Source of the DNA: Opitutaceae bacterium
GTDB lineage: Bacteria; Verrucomicrobiota; Verrucomicrobiia; Opitutales; Coraliomargaritaceae
Assembly (NCBI GenBank): GCA_051252375.1
Contig: JBPOFY010000010.1
Coordinates: 1-64,000, forward strand
Reading direction: 5' to 3'
DNA length: 64,000 nucleotides
The notes below the pieces were generated by a model. The model searched no databases. It saw only the letters and a list, made by a program, of their open reading frames with translations, and was not told the origin of the DNA. Positions 1 through 12,347 of this stretch are shown piece after piece (within the stretch, counting starts at the first letter, position 1; each line of letters starts with the position of its first letter). The translations under genes and the position numbers were made by a program.

Positions 1-14
1 CGAGGAGGGACTTG

Positions 15-653
<639 letters not shown>

Positions 654-684
654 CAACGGTTCAAAGAAAAATTATCAAATAGTT

Positions 685-2919
<2,235 letters not shown>

Positions 2920-3013
2920 ATTAAACAAAATGTGTTAGGATCGAAATATCCAAAAGGTCTTAAGGTCGTCGCAGAAGCGTTTTGAATTGGAACGCTTCTG
3001 CGTGAAGTGGGGC

Positions 3014-3802
3014 TCAGTTATCGAGCTTATGGCACATGCCAAGCGCGGGGGAAACCTCGGAAGTTTTACCTATGATCTGTGCTGGCACGCCGGCTACGCT
3101 GGTATGTGGTGGCACATCCTTAAGGACGACACTGCCAGCTCCGACTTTGGCGCCTTCGCCAATTTCAACATTGCCGAGAATTTTAGCGCCTGCACCCAGT
3201 AGCACGCCGGAGCGCACTTTCGGGTGACGATCGCCACGATCTTTACCTGTGCCACCTAAAGTGACTGCATGCAAAATGGAGACGTCGTTTTCAATAACAG
3301 CCGTTTCACCCGCCACAAAGCCAGTGGCGTGGTCGAGCAATATGCCACAGCCGATTTGCGCTGCAGGATGGATGTCCACGCAGAACGTTTCCGAGATAAG
3401 ACTTTGGAGGTAGAGCGCGAGCTCCTTGCGGTCGACTTTCCAGAGATGATGGGCTACGCGATAGCAAACGAGCGACTGCAGACCCTTGAAATAGAGGAGG
3501 GGAGTCAGCACGTCGTTACAAGCGGGGTCGCGCTCGTTCACCGCAATCATATCGCAGGCAACTTGCTGCAAGATCTTCGGTTCATGGAGAAAGGCTTCCA
3601 TGAAAACTTCGTGAAGCGCATCAATCGACGCAGCATGGTTGACCAACTTGCGGCAGAGGCGATAAGTCAGGCATTCAGCAAAGGATTTGCGGTCCAATAC
3701 CGTTTCGTGAAGTAAAGTCTTAAGCGCCGGCTCTTGGGCGACGATATCGTGCGCGCGTTGGCGGATGTCCTCCCAGTGCGCATTCAGGTCGATTGGTTGC
3801 AT
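3014..3802 (-). CDS. cysE: Serine O-acetyltransferase
   Basis: ERDPAC, DIHPAAQIG, LDHATG, VTLGGTGK, DRHPKV hexapeptide fold; start at MQPID. Confidence 0.95.
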   Translation of the reverse strand: MQPIDLNAHWEDIRQRAHDIVAQEPALKTLLHETVLDRKSFAECLTYRLCRKLVNHAASIDALHEVFMEAFLHEPKILQQVACDMIAVNERDPACNDVLTPLLYFKGLQSLVCYRVAHHLWKVDRKELALYLQSLISETFCVDIHPAAQIGCGILLDHATGFVAGETAVIENDVSILHAVTLGGTGKDRGDRHPKVRSGVLLGAGAKILGNVEIGEGAKVGAGSVVLKDVPPHTSVAGVPAQIIGKTSEVSPALGMCHKLDN

Positions 3803-3900
3803 AATTCTATAAATTGGCAAATTGCGGTGATGTGCGAAACAAAACACCAGTTTCCTTGGCTAGGTAAAGCTTTCCTTTTGTCTAATTCAGGGGGCGAATA

Positions 3901-4068
3901 CTAGCATTGCTGCTCGTGACAGCATGCCCCCGCCTCAGAGTAGCAAGATAAGCAGATCGGATCGCCCGCGACACGAACGTCGGTCGGTGAACCGCAGTGC
4001 GAGCAGGGCTTCATCGATACGAGCGTCACTGCTGTAGTTTTTGTCTCTGGGTTATTCTCAGTCGTCAT
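3901..4068 (-). CDS. 55-aa Cys-rich microprotein, putative Zn finger (below ORF-track cutoff)
   Basis: Translated by hand: MTTENNPETKTTAVTLVSMKPCSHCGSPTDVRVAGDPICLSCYSEAGACCHEQQC*; CxxC-x13-CxxC plus CC. Confidence 0.65.
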   Translation of the reverse strand: MTTENNPETKTTAVTLVSMKPCSHCGSPTDVRVAGDPICLSCYSEAGACCHEQQC

Positions 4069-4205
4069 TATGCGGCCAAGATAACTGAAATGTCTAAATA
4101 TTCAATGTTTCTGACGAATGACTCGGCCGATGGCATATTGGGTGTAGGACCAGCATAGCTGGAAACCGCTTATGTTCGCTTATGCACGCTAATATAACTG
4201 AAACT

Positions 4206-4441
4206 TTGGAGGGAAACGCTCCGTCGTTTCCGCACGTATGACTCACTTCCTGGTAATTTCAAGCGCCCCTGACGAACGGCAATGAGCGGAGCATTGCCCT
4301 CCAGGTATACTCCCTAACCCGAATGGCGCTAACTTAAGAAGATGTTTGGTGAAAAGCTGGAGGGTTGCGCTCCGTCGCAACCGCCGATAGTTCGAAGCGT
4401 TTAGGCGTTTCTGCGGCAATGAGCGGAGCATTGCCCTCCAG
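4206..4441. repeat. Two inverted doublets of GGAG-type REP-like palindromes
   Basis: TGGAGGG-stem-CTCCG-stem-CCG at 4206-4232 and 4357-4383; inverted partners CGGCAATGAGCGGAGCATTGCCCTCCAG at 4277-4304 and 4414-4441. Confidence 0.75.
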
Positions 4442-4644
4442 GTATACTCCCTCTAGCACAATATAAGCGCAAATTAGCGGTCGTCGGCTATGCCGACCCA
4501 CATCTGTGTAAACCTGCGGATATTGAACGATTGGGAGCATTCTCGATCCGCGCGAGCACGGCCCCTACGTTTGGGGTTGATTCCTAATGCGTCACAAACA
4601 ATTCTTTGCCGTTTCTAAAGTTTAACTCCTCAAAGTAATATAAT

Positions 4645-5550
4645 ATGGCAACAGGACTTCTTTTTTCCGGACAAGGCGCACAAACCGTCGGCATGGGCCG
4701 CTCCCTTTATGAAAACTCAGATATCGCGAAGGCGCTCTACGATGAGGCCAACGAAGTATTGGGTTGGGACCTGAAGGGGATCTGTTTTGACGGACCCGAT
4801 GAGGCATTGACTGAAACAAAGGTCTGTCAGCCAGCACTTTACGTGCATGGATACGCGATTTTTAGCATCCTGAAAGCTCAGGGTAAACTGAACGACGTGA
4901 AAACCGCTTGCGGTCTCAGTTTGGGCGAATTGACCGCTCTGGCTGCTGCGGGCGTGTATGATTTTGCTACCGGTTTGCGACTCGTCGCTGAGCGTGGACG
5001 CCTCATGCAACTTGCTTGCGACGCCACCAAAGGCGGCATGGCTGCTGTGATCGGCGGCACTCCGGAGGATGTGCAAGCCTTCTGCGACGAATTCGATATC
5101 GAAATCGCCAACCTCAATTGCCCAGGGCAAATCGTGATTTCCGGCGATAATGAGAAGGTTCTTGAAGCAGTGGCTGCTTCCAAGGGGCGCTTCAAACTCT
5201 GCAAACCACTCAACGTAGCCGGCGCTTACCACAGCCGACTCATGACTTCAGCTCGCGACGCATTTGCCGAGTTCATCAAGGATTTCGACTTCAAGGCACC
5301 GGAACTGGTGGTTTACACCAACGTCACCGGCGGGCAGATCAGCGATCCGCAAGCCATTAAAGACGCGCTCGTCAGCCAAGTGGTGTCTTCCGTTCGCTTC
5401 GAGGACAATCTTCGTAATATGGCGGCAGACAACGCCGTCAGTGATTTCTACGAGTGCGGTCCTGGCAAGGTCCTAGCTGGCTTTGCCAAGCGTATTGATA
5501 AGTCACTCGTCATCACTTCGATTTCAGAGTTTGACGAGCTGCCTGCGTAA
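4645..5550 (+). CDS. fabD: Malonyl-CoA:ACP transacylase
   Basis: FSGQGAQ, GLSLGE, VAGAYHS, ECGPGKVL motifs. Confidence 0.95.
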   Translation: MATGLLFSGQGAQTVGMGRSLYENSDIAKALYDEANEVLGWDLKGICFDGPDEALTETKVCQPALYVHGYAIFSILKAQGKLNDVKTACGLSLGELTALAAAGVYDFATGLRLVAERGRLMQLACDATKGGMAAVIGGTPEDVQAFCDEFDIEIANLNCPGQIVISGDNEKVLEAVAASKGRFKLCKPLNVAGAYHSRLMTSARDAFAEFIKDFDFKAPELVVYTNVTGGQISDPQAIKDALVSQVVSSVRFEDNLRNMAADNAVSDFYECGPGKVLAGFAKRIDKSLVITSISEFDELPA

Positions 5551-5680
5551 TTTGGGCAAGGTATTACTCAACACAGAGAAACACTGGTGGACACAGGTCA
5601 TAGAATCTGTGTGAATGAGCGGTTATCTGTGGTTGATTTTTTCTGATCTAAGACGATCCTACCGCGTTTCCTACCATTTA

Positions 5681-7495
5681 ATGACTGATTTAAGCCATAT
5701 TCGTAATTTCTGTATTATTGCCCACGTTGACCACGGCAAGACGACGCTCTCCGACCGTATTTTGGAGCTCACACGCACCGTTGAAATGCGAGACATGAAA
5801 GAGCAATTGCTCGACTCGATGGACTTGGAGCGCGAGCGCGGTATCACGATCAAAAGCCACCCGGTCTCGATGGTATATCGCGCGAGAAACGGTGAAGACT
5901 ATTTGTTCAACTTGATCGATACGCCGGGACACGTGGACTTTTCCTATGAAGTGTCGCGCAGTTTAGCAGCTTGTGAAGGTGCCATGCTCTTGATCGATGC
6001 AGCGCAGGGTATCGAGGCCCAAACTGTGGCCAATGCACATCTCGCAACCGAGCAAGGTCTCGAGATTGTGCCAGTCATCAACAAGGTCGATCTACCCAGC
6101 GCCGACGTCCCAGCCATCATGGTGCAACTCGAAGATGTGTTGGCGATTCCAGCGGATGAAGCAGTGCTCACCAGTGGCAAGACAGGCATCGGCATCGAAG
6201 ACCTTCTCGAAGCGGCAGTTGCTCGTGTGCCATCACCGCGTTGGGCGGATGTCGAGGGACTACGGGTGCTGATTTTCGATTGTATTTACGATGCCTATAA
6301 AGGTGTGATCTGTTATGTTCGTGTATTCTCTGGTTCGGTCAAGATGGGTGATCAAATCATGACCATGGGAGATGAACGCAAAATGCAGGTCAAGGAAGTC
6401 GGGCGTTTCTCGCCGGCCATGACCAAGCAGGACAGCCTCAACCCAGGCGACGTGGGTTACATCGTTACTAATTTGCGCGACGTTGCAGACCTGAAGCTTG
6501 GTGATACGATCACACATAGTGGCAATCCCACAAAGGAGATGTTACCCGGCTACAAAGAAGTCAGCCCAATGGTCTTTAGCGGTATTTATCCGATCGATAC
6601 GAGTGACTATAATAAGCTCAAGTCGAGCATGGGCAAACTGCGCTTAAATGATGCTGCATTTGTCTATCAATCTGAAAACTCGGTAGCACTTGGTTTCGGT
6701 TTCCGCTGCGGATTCCTCGGCTTGCTACACATGGAAATTATCCAGGAACGTATTCGCCGTGAGTATGACCTCGATGTGATTTCTACCTATCCAAGTGTGG
6801 TTTATCTCGTCACAAAGACAGATGGCGAGAAACTGGAAGTTCACAACCCAGTCCACCTCCCGGACCCTTCGATAATTGAGTTCATCGAAGAACCTATGAT
6901 TTTGGCTTCGATCCACATCCCCAGCACATCGATCGGCGATGTATTGGCACTGGTTTCTGAAAAGCGCGGCATTTGCGAGCACACGGAAACCATTGATGGT
7001 CAGCGCGTAATGCTTGTTTGCAATTTACCGCTCAACGAGATCCTAATCGATTTCAATGACCGCCTAAAGAGCATCACGCACGGTTACGGATCGATGGACT
7101 ACGAGATGAATGGTTACCAGAAGGCAAAGCTCTGCCGTCTAGATATCATGGTCAACGCCGAGCCAGTCGATGCCTTCTCATCGATTGTCCACCTGGACAA
7201 AGCCGAGGGTAGGGGGCGCGCACTTTGCAAACGCTTGAAAGAAATTTTACCGAAACAGATGTTCAAGATCGCGATCCAAGCTGGCATCGGCTCGAACATC
7301 GTCGCTCGCGAAACTATAAGCGCTTACCGAAAAGACGTGACTGCAAAATGTTACGGTGGTGATATATCTCGTAAACGTAAGCTTCTCGAGAAGCAAAAAG
7401 AGGGCAAGAAGCGCATGAAAAACATCGGCAGCGTATCCATCCCGCAGGACGCATTTATTAAGATCCTCAAAACCTCAGACGGCGGCAGCAACTAA
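5681..7495 (+). CDS. lepA: Elongation factor 4 (LepA)
   Basis: IRNFCIIAHVDHGKTTL, DTPGHVDF, GFRCGFLGLLH, KCYGGDISRK; start at MTDLS. Confidence 0.97.
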   Translation: MTDLSHIRNFCIIAHVDHGKTTLSDRILELTRTVEMRDMKEQLLDSMDLERERGITIKSHPVSMVYRARNGEDYLFNLIDTPGHVDFSYEVSRSLAACEGAMLLIDAAQGIEAQTVANAHLATEQGLEIVPVINKVDLPSADVPAIMVQLEDVLAIPADEAVLTSGKTGIGIEDLLEAAVARVPSPRWADVEGLRVLIFDCIYDAYKGVICYVRVFSGSVKMGDQIMTMGDERKMQVKEVGRFSPAMTKQDSLNPGDVGYIVTNLRDVADLKLGDTITHSGNPTKEMLPGYKEVSPMVFSGIYPIDTSDYNKLKSSMGKLRLNDAAFVYQSENSVALGFGFRCGFLGLLHMEIIQERIRREYDLDVISTYPSVVYLVTKTDGEKLEVHNPVHLPDPSIIEFIEEPMILASIHIPSTSIGDVLALVSEKRGICEHTETIDGQRVMLVCNLPLNEILIDFNDRLKSITHGYGSMDYEMNGYQKAKLCRLDIMVNAEPVDAFSSIVHLDKAEGRGRALCKRLKEILPKQMFKIAIQAGIGSNIVARETISAYRKDVTAKCYGGDISRKRKLLEKQKEGKKRMKNIGSVSIPQDAFIKILKTSDGGSN

Positions 7496-7574
7496 GTTTT
7501 TATAGGGAACGATCCATCATTCGTCATTACTCATTAAGCTTAGTCTTTACCACTAGCCATTAGCTATTTCCACC

Positions 7575-8840
7575 ATGAGCAAACTCCAGAAACAGGCAAA
7601 GGAACTCCTTCAATCCGCACATAAGATTTATCATTATCGTCGCGACCTCATACCTGAAGGGCGTCTGGATGAACTGGAAAAAGCAGTTGGAGAAGTAGAC
7701 ACGTTCATGCGTAAAAAGCCATGTAACGATGTCGATTTAGAAGCAGCAATGGGGCGCTTGGATGGGCTTTTAGGTAAGGTTGGCGGTAAGATGTATCCCA
7801 AGACTTTTTGGAATGATAACATCGAAGTTTTACTCGTCGCAGCGATTTTAGTTATTGGTGTGCGGACGTTCTTTTTTCAACCGTTCATCATACCAACCAA
7901 TTCGATGTATCCCACATATAGTGGTATGAATTCAGTGGTGTATGAGGCTGAAGCCGATTCGCCCAGCGCGGCTAAAAAAATACTCAGCAAACTTGTTTTA
8001 GGCGCTTCACATTTTAGAGTGGATGCGCCACAGGCAGGCGTTGTTCGTGTGCCAGTTTTTTCCCAAGCACCTGGCTCGTCGGACCAGCGTTTACGAGGCA
8101 TGGGCGTGGCGCGATTCGATATTGTGGGCGGCCGCAAGTGGTTCGTTCTACCAGCGCAAAAACGCGAATATCTGTTTTACGTCGATGACCAGCCAATCAA
8201 ATTGCGCGTGCCATTCGAATTTAGTTTGGATCAAGTGATTCTCGACACGTTTTTCCCTGAAGCTTCGAGTTTGATGCAGGTCGTCGTCCAGAGTCATGAG
8301 GCGGGTCAAACCAATGTGCTGTCTGAAAACCCAGTGCTGGAAACCACACGTAATGTGCAAACAGGTGAAGCCGTGGTCGAATTCGACATAACACTGGGAG
8401 ATGCCTTGTTCGTGGATCGTATCAGCTATCATTTCGACCGTCCTGAGGCTGGGGATCCATTTGTATTTAGAACACGCGAAATCCCAGGAATCGAAGGTGG
8501 CGTCGATAAATACTATATTAAGCGCATTGGCGGCGTCGGAGGCGAAACGCTCGAAATCGTGGATGGCACATTATTGGCAAACGGCGAGCCACGCCATGAG
8601 GTGGAAGCTTTCGGGCGTAATGCCGACCGTGAAGGCGAATACGGCGGCTATATCAATACCAACTTATTGGCAGAAGGTCGTCAGCTCACGATACCTGATG
8701 ATTCATACGTCGCGCTCGGCGATAACTCCGGGAACAGCCTCGACAGTCGCTATTGGGGATTCGTGCCCGACACATCCGTTATCGGTAAAGCGATCTTTAT
8801 TTATTATCCATTCACCAAACGCTGGGGTCTGGCTGAATAG
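7575..8840 (+). CDS. lepB: Signal peptidase I
   Basis: IPTNSMYPT, YIKRI, GDNSGNSLDSRYWGFV; follows lepA. Confidence 0.93.
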   Translation: MSKLQKQAKELLQSAHKIYHYRRDLIPEGRLDELEKAVGEVDTFMRKKPCNDVDLEAAMGRLDGLLGKVGGKMYPKTFWNDNIEVLLVAAILVIGVRTFFFQPFIIPTNSMYPTYSGMNSVVYEAEADSPSAAKKILSKLVLGASHFRVDAPQAGVVRVPVFSQAPGSSDQRLRGMGVARFDIVGGRKWFVLPAQKREYLFYVDDQPIKLRVPFEFSLDQVILDTFFPEASSLMQVVVQSHEAGQTNVLSENPVLETTRNVQTGEAVVEFDITLGDALFVDRISYHFDRPEAGDPFVFRTREIPGIEGGVDKYYIKRIGGVGGETLEIVDGTLLANGEPRHEVEAFGRNADREGEYGGYINTNLLAEGRQLTIPDDSYVALGDNSGNSLDSRYWGFVPDTSVIGKAIFIYYPFTKRWGLAE

Positions 8841-9072
8841 CCTCAAATCCATCTATTTCTACGTAATCACAACGAGAACCAAACAGGATCCATTTATAAC
8901 CAACTAGCATACAGCAGATTACATAGTTATAGCGCACAATATATATTATGTCTAATTCTTATTTTAAGAACTGGACGCATTGCACCCTGTCGCCGGGTTA
9001 AAATCGATAGATTGGAATCTGCACGCTATTGGCTTCGGAAACGTTTCAAACACAAAACACTGAATTACAGAC

Positions 9073-10605
9073 ATGTCTAAACGCACTTATCCACTTTACA
9101 ACTGGTTGAATGAACGCACTGCGGGTGCGTTGCTCCATTTTAGTTCACTTCCGTCCGACACAGGCATCGGCAACATGGGCACAGCTGCTTATCGTTACAT
9201 CGACTTCATGCACACGTCCGGACTGCAAGTTTGGCAGATCTGCCCGCTTGGACCCACTGGCTACGGCGACTCGCCTTATCAGTGCTTCTCCGCATTTGCG
9301 GGAAATCCCTATTTTATCGATTTAGAGCCATTAGTTGCTGACGGCTTGATACACGCCGACGAATTAGAGCCGCTAAAGGCATTGCCCAAGGATAAGGTCG
9401 ACTACGGCTGGCTCTACAGCGTTTTTTGGCCCCTACTCCAAAAAGCCTTTAATCGATTCAAAGTGTCCGGTGCAGATCATTTTCGGGATTATGGCAGCCT
9501 ACGCTCCTTTAAAAAGAAGCAATCCAACTGGCTAAACGATTACACTCGGTTCATGGCAATCAAAGAGCAATTCGGTGGCGAGTGCTGGCTTGAGTGGCCC
9601 GCAGAATATCGAAACTACTCACAGGCGAAAAAGCTCAAGCTATCCGAGCAGACTCAAACTGTGGCCGATGCACACGAGTTTTATCAATATCTGTTCTACG
9701 CACAGTTGGCGAAACTACGTGATTACGCAGGTAGTCAAGGAGTCGAAATTTTGGGCGATGTCCCTATTTTCGTCGCCTTGGACAGTTCCGATGTCTGGGC
9801 ACACCCAGAGCTCTTTCAGCTTGATAAAAATGGTCGCCCCAAAGCGGTTGCCGGCGTGCCACCCGACTATTTTTCGGCCGACGGTCAACTCTGGGGCAAC
9901 CCACTCTACGATTGGAGCCAACACGAATCCACCGACTTTGCATGGTGGATTGAGCGCATTCGCAGCAACCTTGAGTTCTACGACATCGTTCGCCTCGATC
10001 ACTTCCGTGGCTTTGAATCCTATTGGTCGGTGCCAGCCAAGGAGATCACCGCACGCAAAGGAAAATGGATCCAGTGCCCAGGCTTAAAACTATTTACGGC
10101 GATCAAAGCCGCCTGCCCAGAAGCCAAACTCATCGCAGAAGACCTCGGTGTGATCACCGACGAAGTCAACGCCCTACGCGAAGCCACCGGCCTACCCGGC
10201 ATGGCCGTCTTGCAATTTGCTTTCGGTGGTGAATCCGACAACGCGTATTTGCCACACAACTACAGTCGCAACTGCATCGCCTATTCCGGCACGCACGACA
10301 ACGACACCACCCTCGGTTGGTATAGTGAACTCGATGAGGATACGCAGGACCACATTCGCCGCTACTTGGGCATCACCGGCGATACCATTTCGTGGGACTT
10401 GATCCGCACCGCCATACGTTCGAACGCTTACATGGCAATCTTCCCGCTGCAGGACTTAATGAGCCTAGGTGAAGAGGCCCGCCTCAACACTCCAGGTGCA
10501 CCCGTCGGCAATTGGCAATGGCGCTACCAAGCCCACCAAATCGACGAGCTCGAATTCAACAGCGCGCCCTATCTCCGCGAACAGCTATTTCTCTACGGTC
10601 GCTAG
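9073..10605 (+). CDS. malQ: 4-alpha-glucanotransferase (GH77)
   Basis: GDSPYQ, GVPPDYFSADGQLWGNPLY, RLDHFRG, AEDLG, THDNDT. Confidence 0.95.
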   Translation: MSKRTYPLYNWLNERTAGALLHFSSLPSDTGIGNMGTAAYRYIDFMHTSGLQVWQICPLGPTGYGDSPYQCFSAFAGNPYFIDLEPLVADGLIHADELEPLKALPKDKVDYGWLYSVFWPLLQKAFNRFKVSGADHFRDYGSLRSFKKKQSNWLNDYTRFMAIKEQFGGECWLEWPAEYRNYSQAKKLKLSEQTQTVADAHEFYQYLFYAQLAKLRDYAGSQGVEILGDVPIFVALDSSDVWAHPELFQLDKNGRPKAVAGVPPDYFSADGQLWGNPLYDWSQHESTDFAWWIERIRSNLEFYDIVRLDHFRGFESYWSVPAKEITARKGKWIQCPGLKLFTAIKAACPEAKLIAEDLGVITDEVNALREATGLPGMAVLQFAFGGESDNAYLPHNYSRNCIAYSGTHDNDTTLGWYSELDEDTQDHIRRYLGITGDTISWDLIRTAIRSNAYMAIFPLQDLMSLGEEARLNTPGAPVGNWQWRYQAHQIDELEFNSAPYLREQLFLYGR

Positions 10606-11040
10606 GTAGCTGCAATGGAGGTTTGCGAGAAACCATTCAAACGCATGATATTTAGTAGATGTAGCCACGTCACTCTGCGACGTGACCGTTAGCATAGCCT
10701 TTGCCAGCTAAAACAAGACACGGCATAGCCATCGGCGAAGACGGACCCCTAACGCCATACGTCTGAGTCAGATCACATCAGGTGACCTCCCCAAAACCAC
10801 TGCATAAAACAGACTAAGTCTTTTTGCGCCTCTTCGTGGCTACAAACTCACCCCCTGGGAATTGTTCTGCATAAATTATTTTGCCTAAAAATACGAATGA
10901 GCCGTGCCTCTGTGTCTCATCTCGAGCCATTCATACGTATCTATTAACCACGAAGTTCACGTAGTCACACAGAGCTTACCTGACGTTTGTGAAACCACGG
11001 ATGGACATAAATTAACACGGATATTGATAGCCACAAAAAA

Positions 11041-11108
11041 GTAGATCCAGACGGCGCACTCAATAGATTTCGCTTCCGCTCATCTATCGAGTGGCCTCGA
11101 CGATGGAG
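11041..11108 (+). repeat. attC-like site 0 (R'' GTAGATC, R' GATGGAG)
   Basis: ATCCAGACGG start shared with site 1; CACTC-AATAGAT...ATCTAT-C-GAGTG inner stem. Confidence 0.7.
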
Positions 11109-11122
11109 AAAGAAAAGCCAGC

Positions 11123-11152
11123 TTGACTTGTGTGGCAGATGCAACACATTCT
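11123..11152 (+). promoter_or_regulatory. Putative sigma70 promoter with overlapping palindromic operator for the TA pair
   Basis: TTGACT-N18-CATTCT; imperfect inverted repeat TGTGTGGCAGATGCAACACA at 11129-11148; ATG 6 nt after the -10. Confidence 0.6.
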
Positions 11153-11158
11153 AAAGTT

Positions 11159-11413
11159 ATGAAAACAGCAGCTATTCACAGTCGTATCGACCCTGAAACG
11201 AAAGAAAAAGCGGAGACGATCCTTCATCGTCTTGGCATGAGCCCCACCGAGGCCATTCGGATGTTTTACACGCAGATCACTCTACGGAACGGTCTACCCT
11301 TTACTGTGGAAATCCCGAATGAAGAAACAGAAAGGGCTCTGGAAGACTCGCGCTCGGGGCGCAATCTGGAGCGTTTCGAAAGCACCGATGCCCTGATTGA
11401 CAGCTGGAAATAA
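11159..11413 (+). CDS. RelB/DinJ-family antitoxin
   Basis: MKTAAIHSRIDPETKEKAE..LGMSPTEAIRMFY..GLPF..IPNEET RHH pattern; start ATG 11159. Confidence 0.9.
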   Translation: MKTAAIHSRIDPETKEKAETILHRLGMSPTEAIRMFYTQITLRNGLPFTVEIPNEETERALEDSRSGRNLERFESTDALIDSWK

Positions 11414-11686
11414 ATGAAGCCGGTCATCCAAACCAGCCAGTTTAAGAAGGATATTAGACGCCTTAAAAAAAGGGGAAAGGATCTCGAAAAGCTGGGAGAT
11501 GTCGTTCGATTACTTGCAGCGGATGAGCCTCTCGAAGAAAAGCACCGCGATCATGCTTTGATTGGCAGGTGGGTTGGCTCCAGAGATTGTCATGTCGAGC
11601 CTGACTGGATACTAATCTATCGAAATGAGTCCGAATCATTATACTTGGAACGTTCTGGAAGTCACAGTGACCTATTCAAAAAATAG
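11414..11686 (+). CDS. YafQ-family (RelE superfamily) mRNA interferase toxin
   Basis: TSQFKKD, RDHALIG, DCHVEPDWILIY, RSGSHSDLF. Confidence 0.92.
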   Translation: MKPVIQTSQFKKDIRRLKKRGKDLEKLGDVVRLLAADEPLEEKHRDHALIGRWVGSRDCHVEPDWILIYRNESESLYLERSGSHSDLFKK

Positions 11687-11759
11687 CTCCATCCAGACGG
11701 AGCTATCAACTCCGTTCGCTCCTGCGTCGCTCACTTCGCGATAGTCCTCCACGTTAGCT
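11687..11759 (+). repeat. attC-like site 1 (R'' CTCCATC, R' GTTAGCT)
   Basis: Starts right after the toxin stop; GCTATC...GATAGT stem; CAACTCCGTTCGCTC core shared with site 3. Confidence 0.8.
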
Positions 11760-11764
11760 AGATA

Positions 11765-12292
11765 ATGAAAATGAAACAAATCTACTCACTACTACTTTCT
11801 CTCTTTTTGATGACCCCTGTATTTGGTGCTGACCATCAAGACCCTTTCAAAAGTCAGGACAAGGCGGAGTGGCATCTTGAATCGATCGAAGAGAAACCAT
11901 ATCTGCTGGAGGTTGCCTACGGTAAGAAGGATAGATCACAATCAGAAGACTATGAGATGTTCACAACTGAAATAATTGAAGAAAATCCTGACATTATAGA
12001 CTCATTATCCAGACTGAGCATTGCAGTGTCTCCCAACGAAGGAGGCGAAGTTAAAGCAAAGGGTAAGCATACAGTAAAATATCTAGTTTCAGAAGATAAC
12101 GATGGAAGTTTCCGCCTAGCCATCCATTTCAGAGCACTTGAAGGTGGTTTGAAAGAAATCCAAGCAGAGACGACCTTAACTCTATCAAACTGGTTTGCCA
12201 TTCGTGGATCTACGAAGCCAACAGATGATGGAACTCCACAATCATACGTGATAGCCATTCGAATCGCACCTAGGGCTAACCAGTCGCGCTGA
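11765..12292 (+). CDS. Cassette-encoded putative secreted hypothetical protein
   Basis: Signal-peptide-like N-terminus; ATG 5 nt after R'; stop inside next attC. Confidence 0.75.
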   Translation: MKMKQIYSLLLSLFLMTPVFGADHQDPFKSQDKAEWHLESIEEKPYLLEVAYGKKDRSQSEDYEMFTTEIIEENPDIIDSLSRLSIAVSPNEGGEVKAKGKHTVKYLVSEDNDGSFRLAIHFRALEGGLKEIQAETTLTLSNWFAIRGSTKPTDDGTPQSYVIAIRIAPRANQSR

Positions 12293-12340
12293 TCAATGAG
12301 GTTCGCTTAGGCTCACTCACGATCACGCACGACGTTGGCA
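12274..12340 (+). repeat. attC-like site 2 (R'' GGCTAAC, R' GTTGGCA)
   Basis: AAC-CAG start, TGATC...GATCA stem, ACGTT end. Confidence 0.85.
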
Positions 12341-12347
12341 GAAGAAT

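Noticed and set aside
7514..7570. Short TCATT/CCAYTAG heptamer-like runs between lepA and lepB
   Set aside because: Too short and degenerate to support a call.
10942..10991. Possible sixth attC (TATTAAC...ACGTTTGTG)
   Set aside because: Weak internal symmetry and no matching cassette end.
10965..11147. 60-aa minus-strand ORF
   Set aside because: Spans attC0 and the TA promoter; no protein features.
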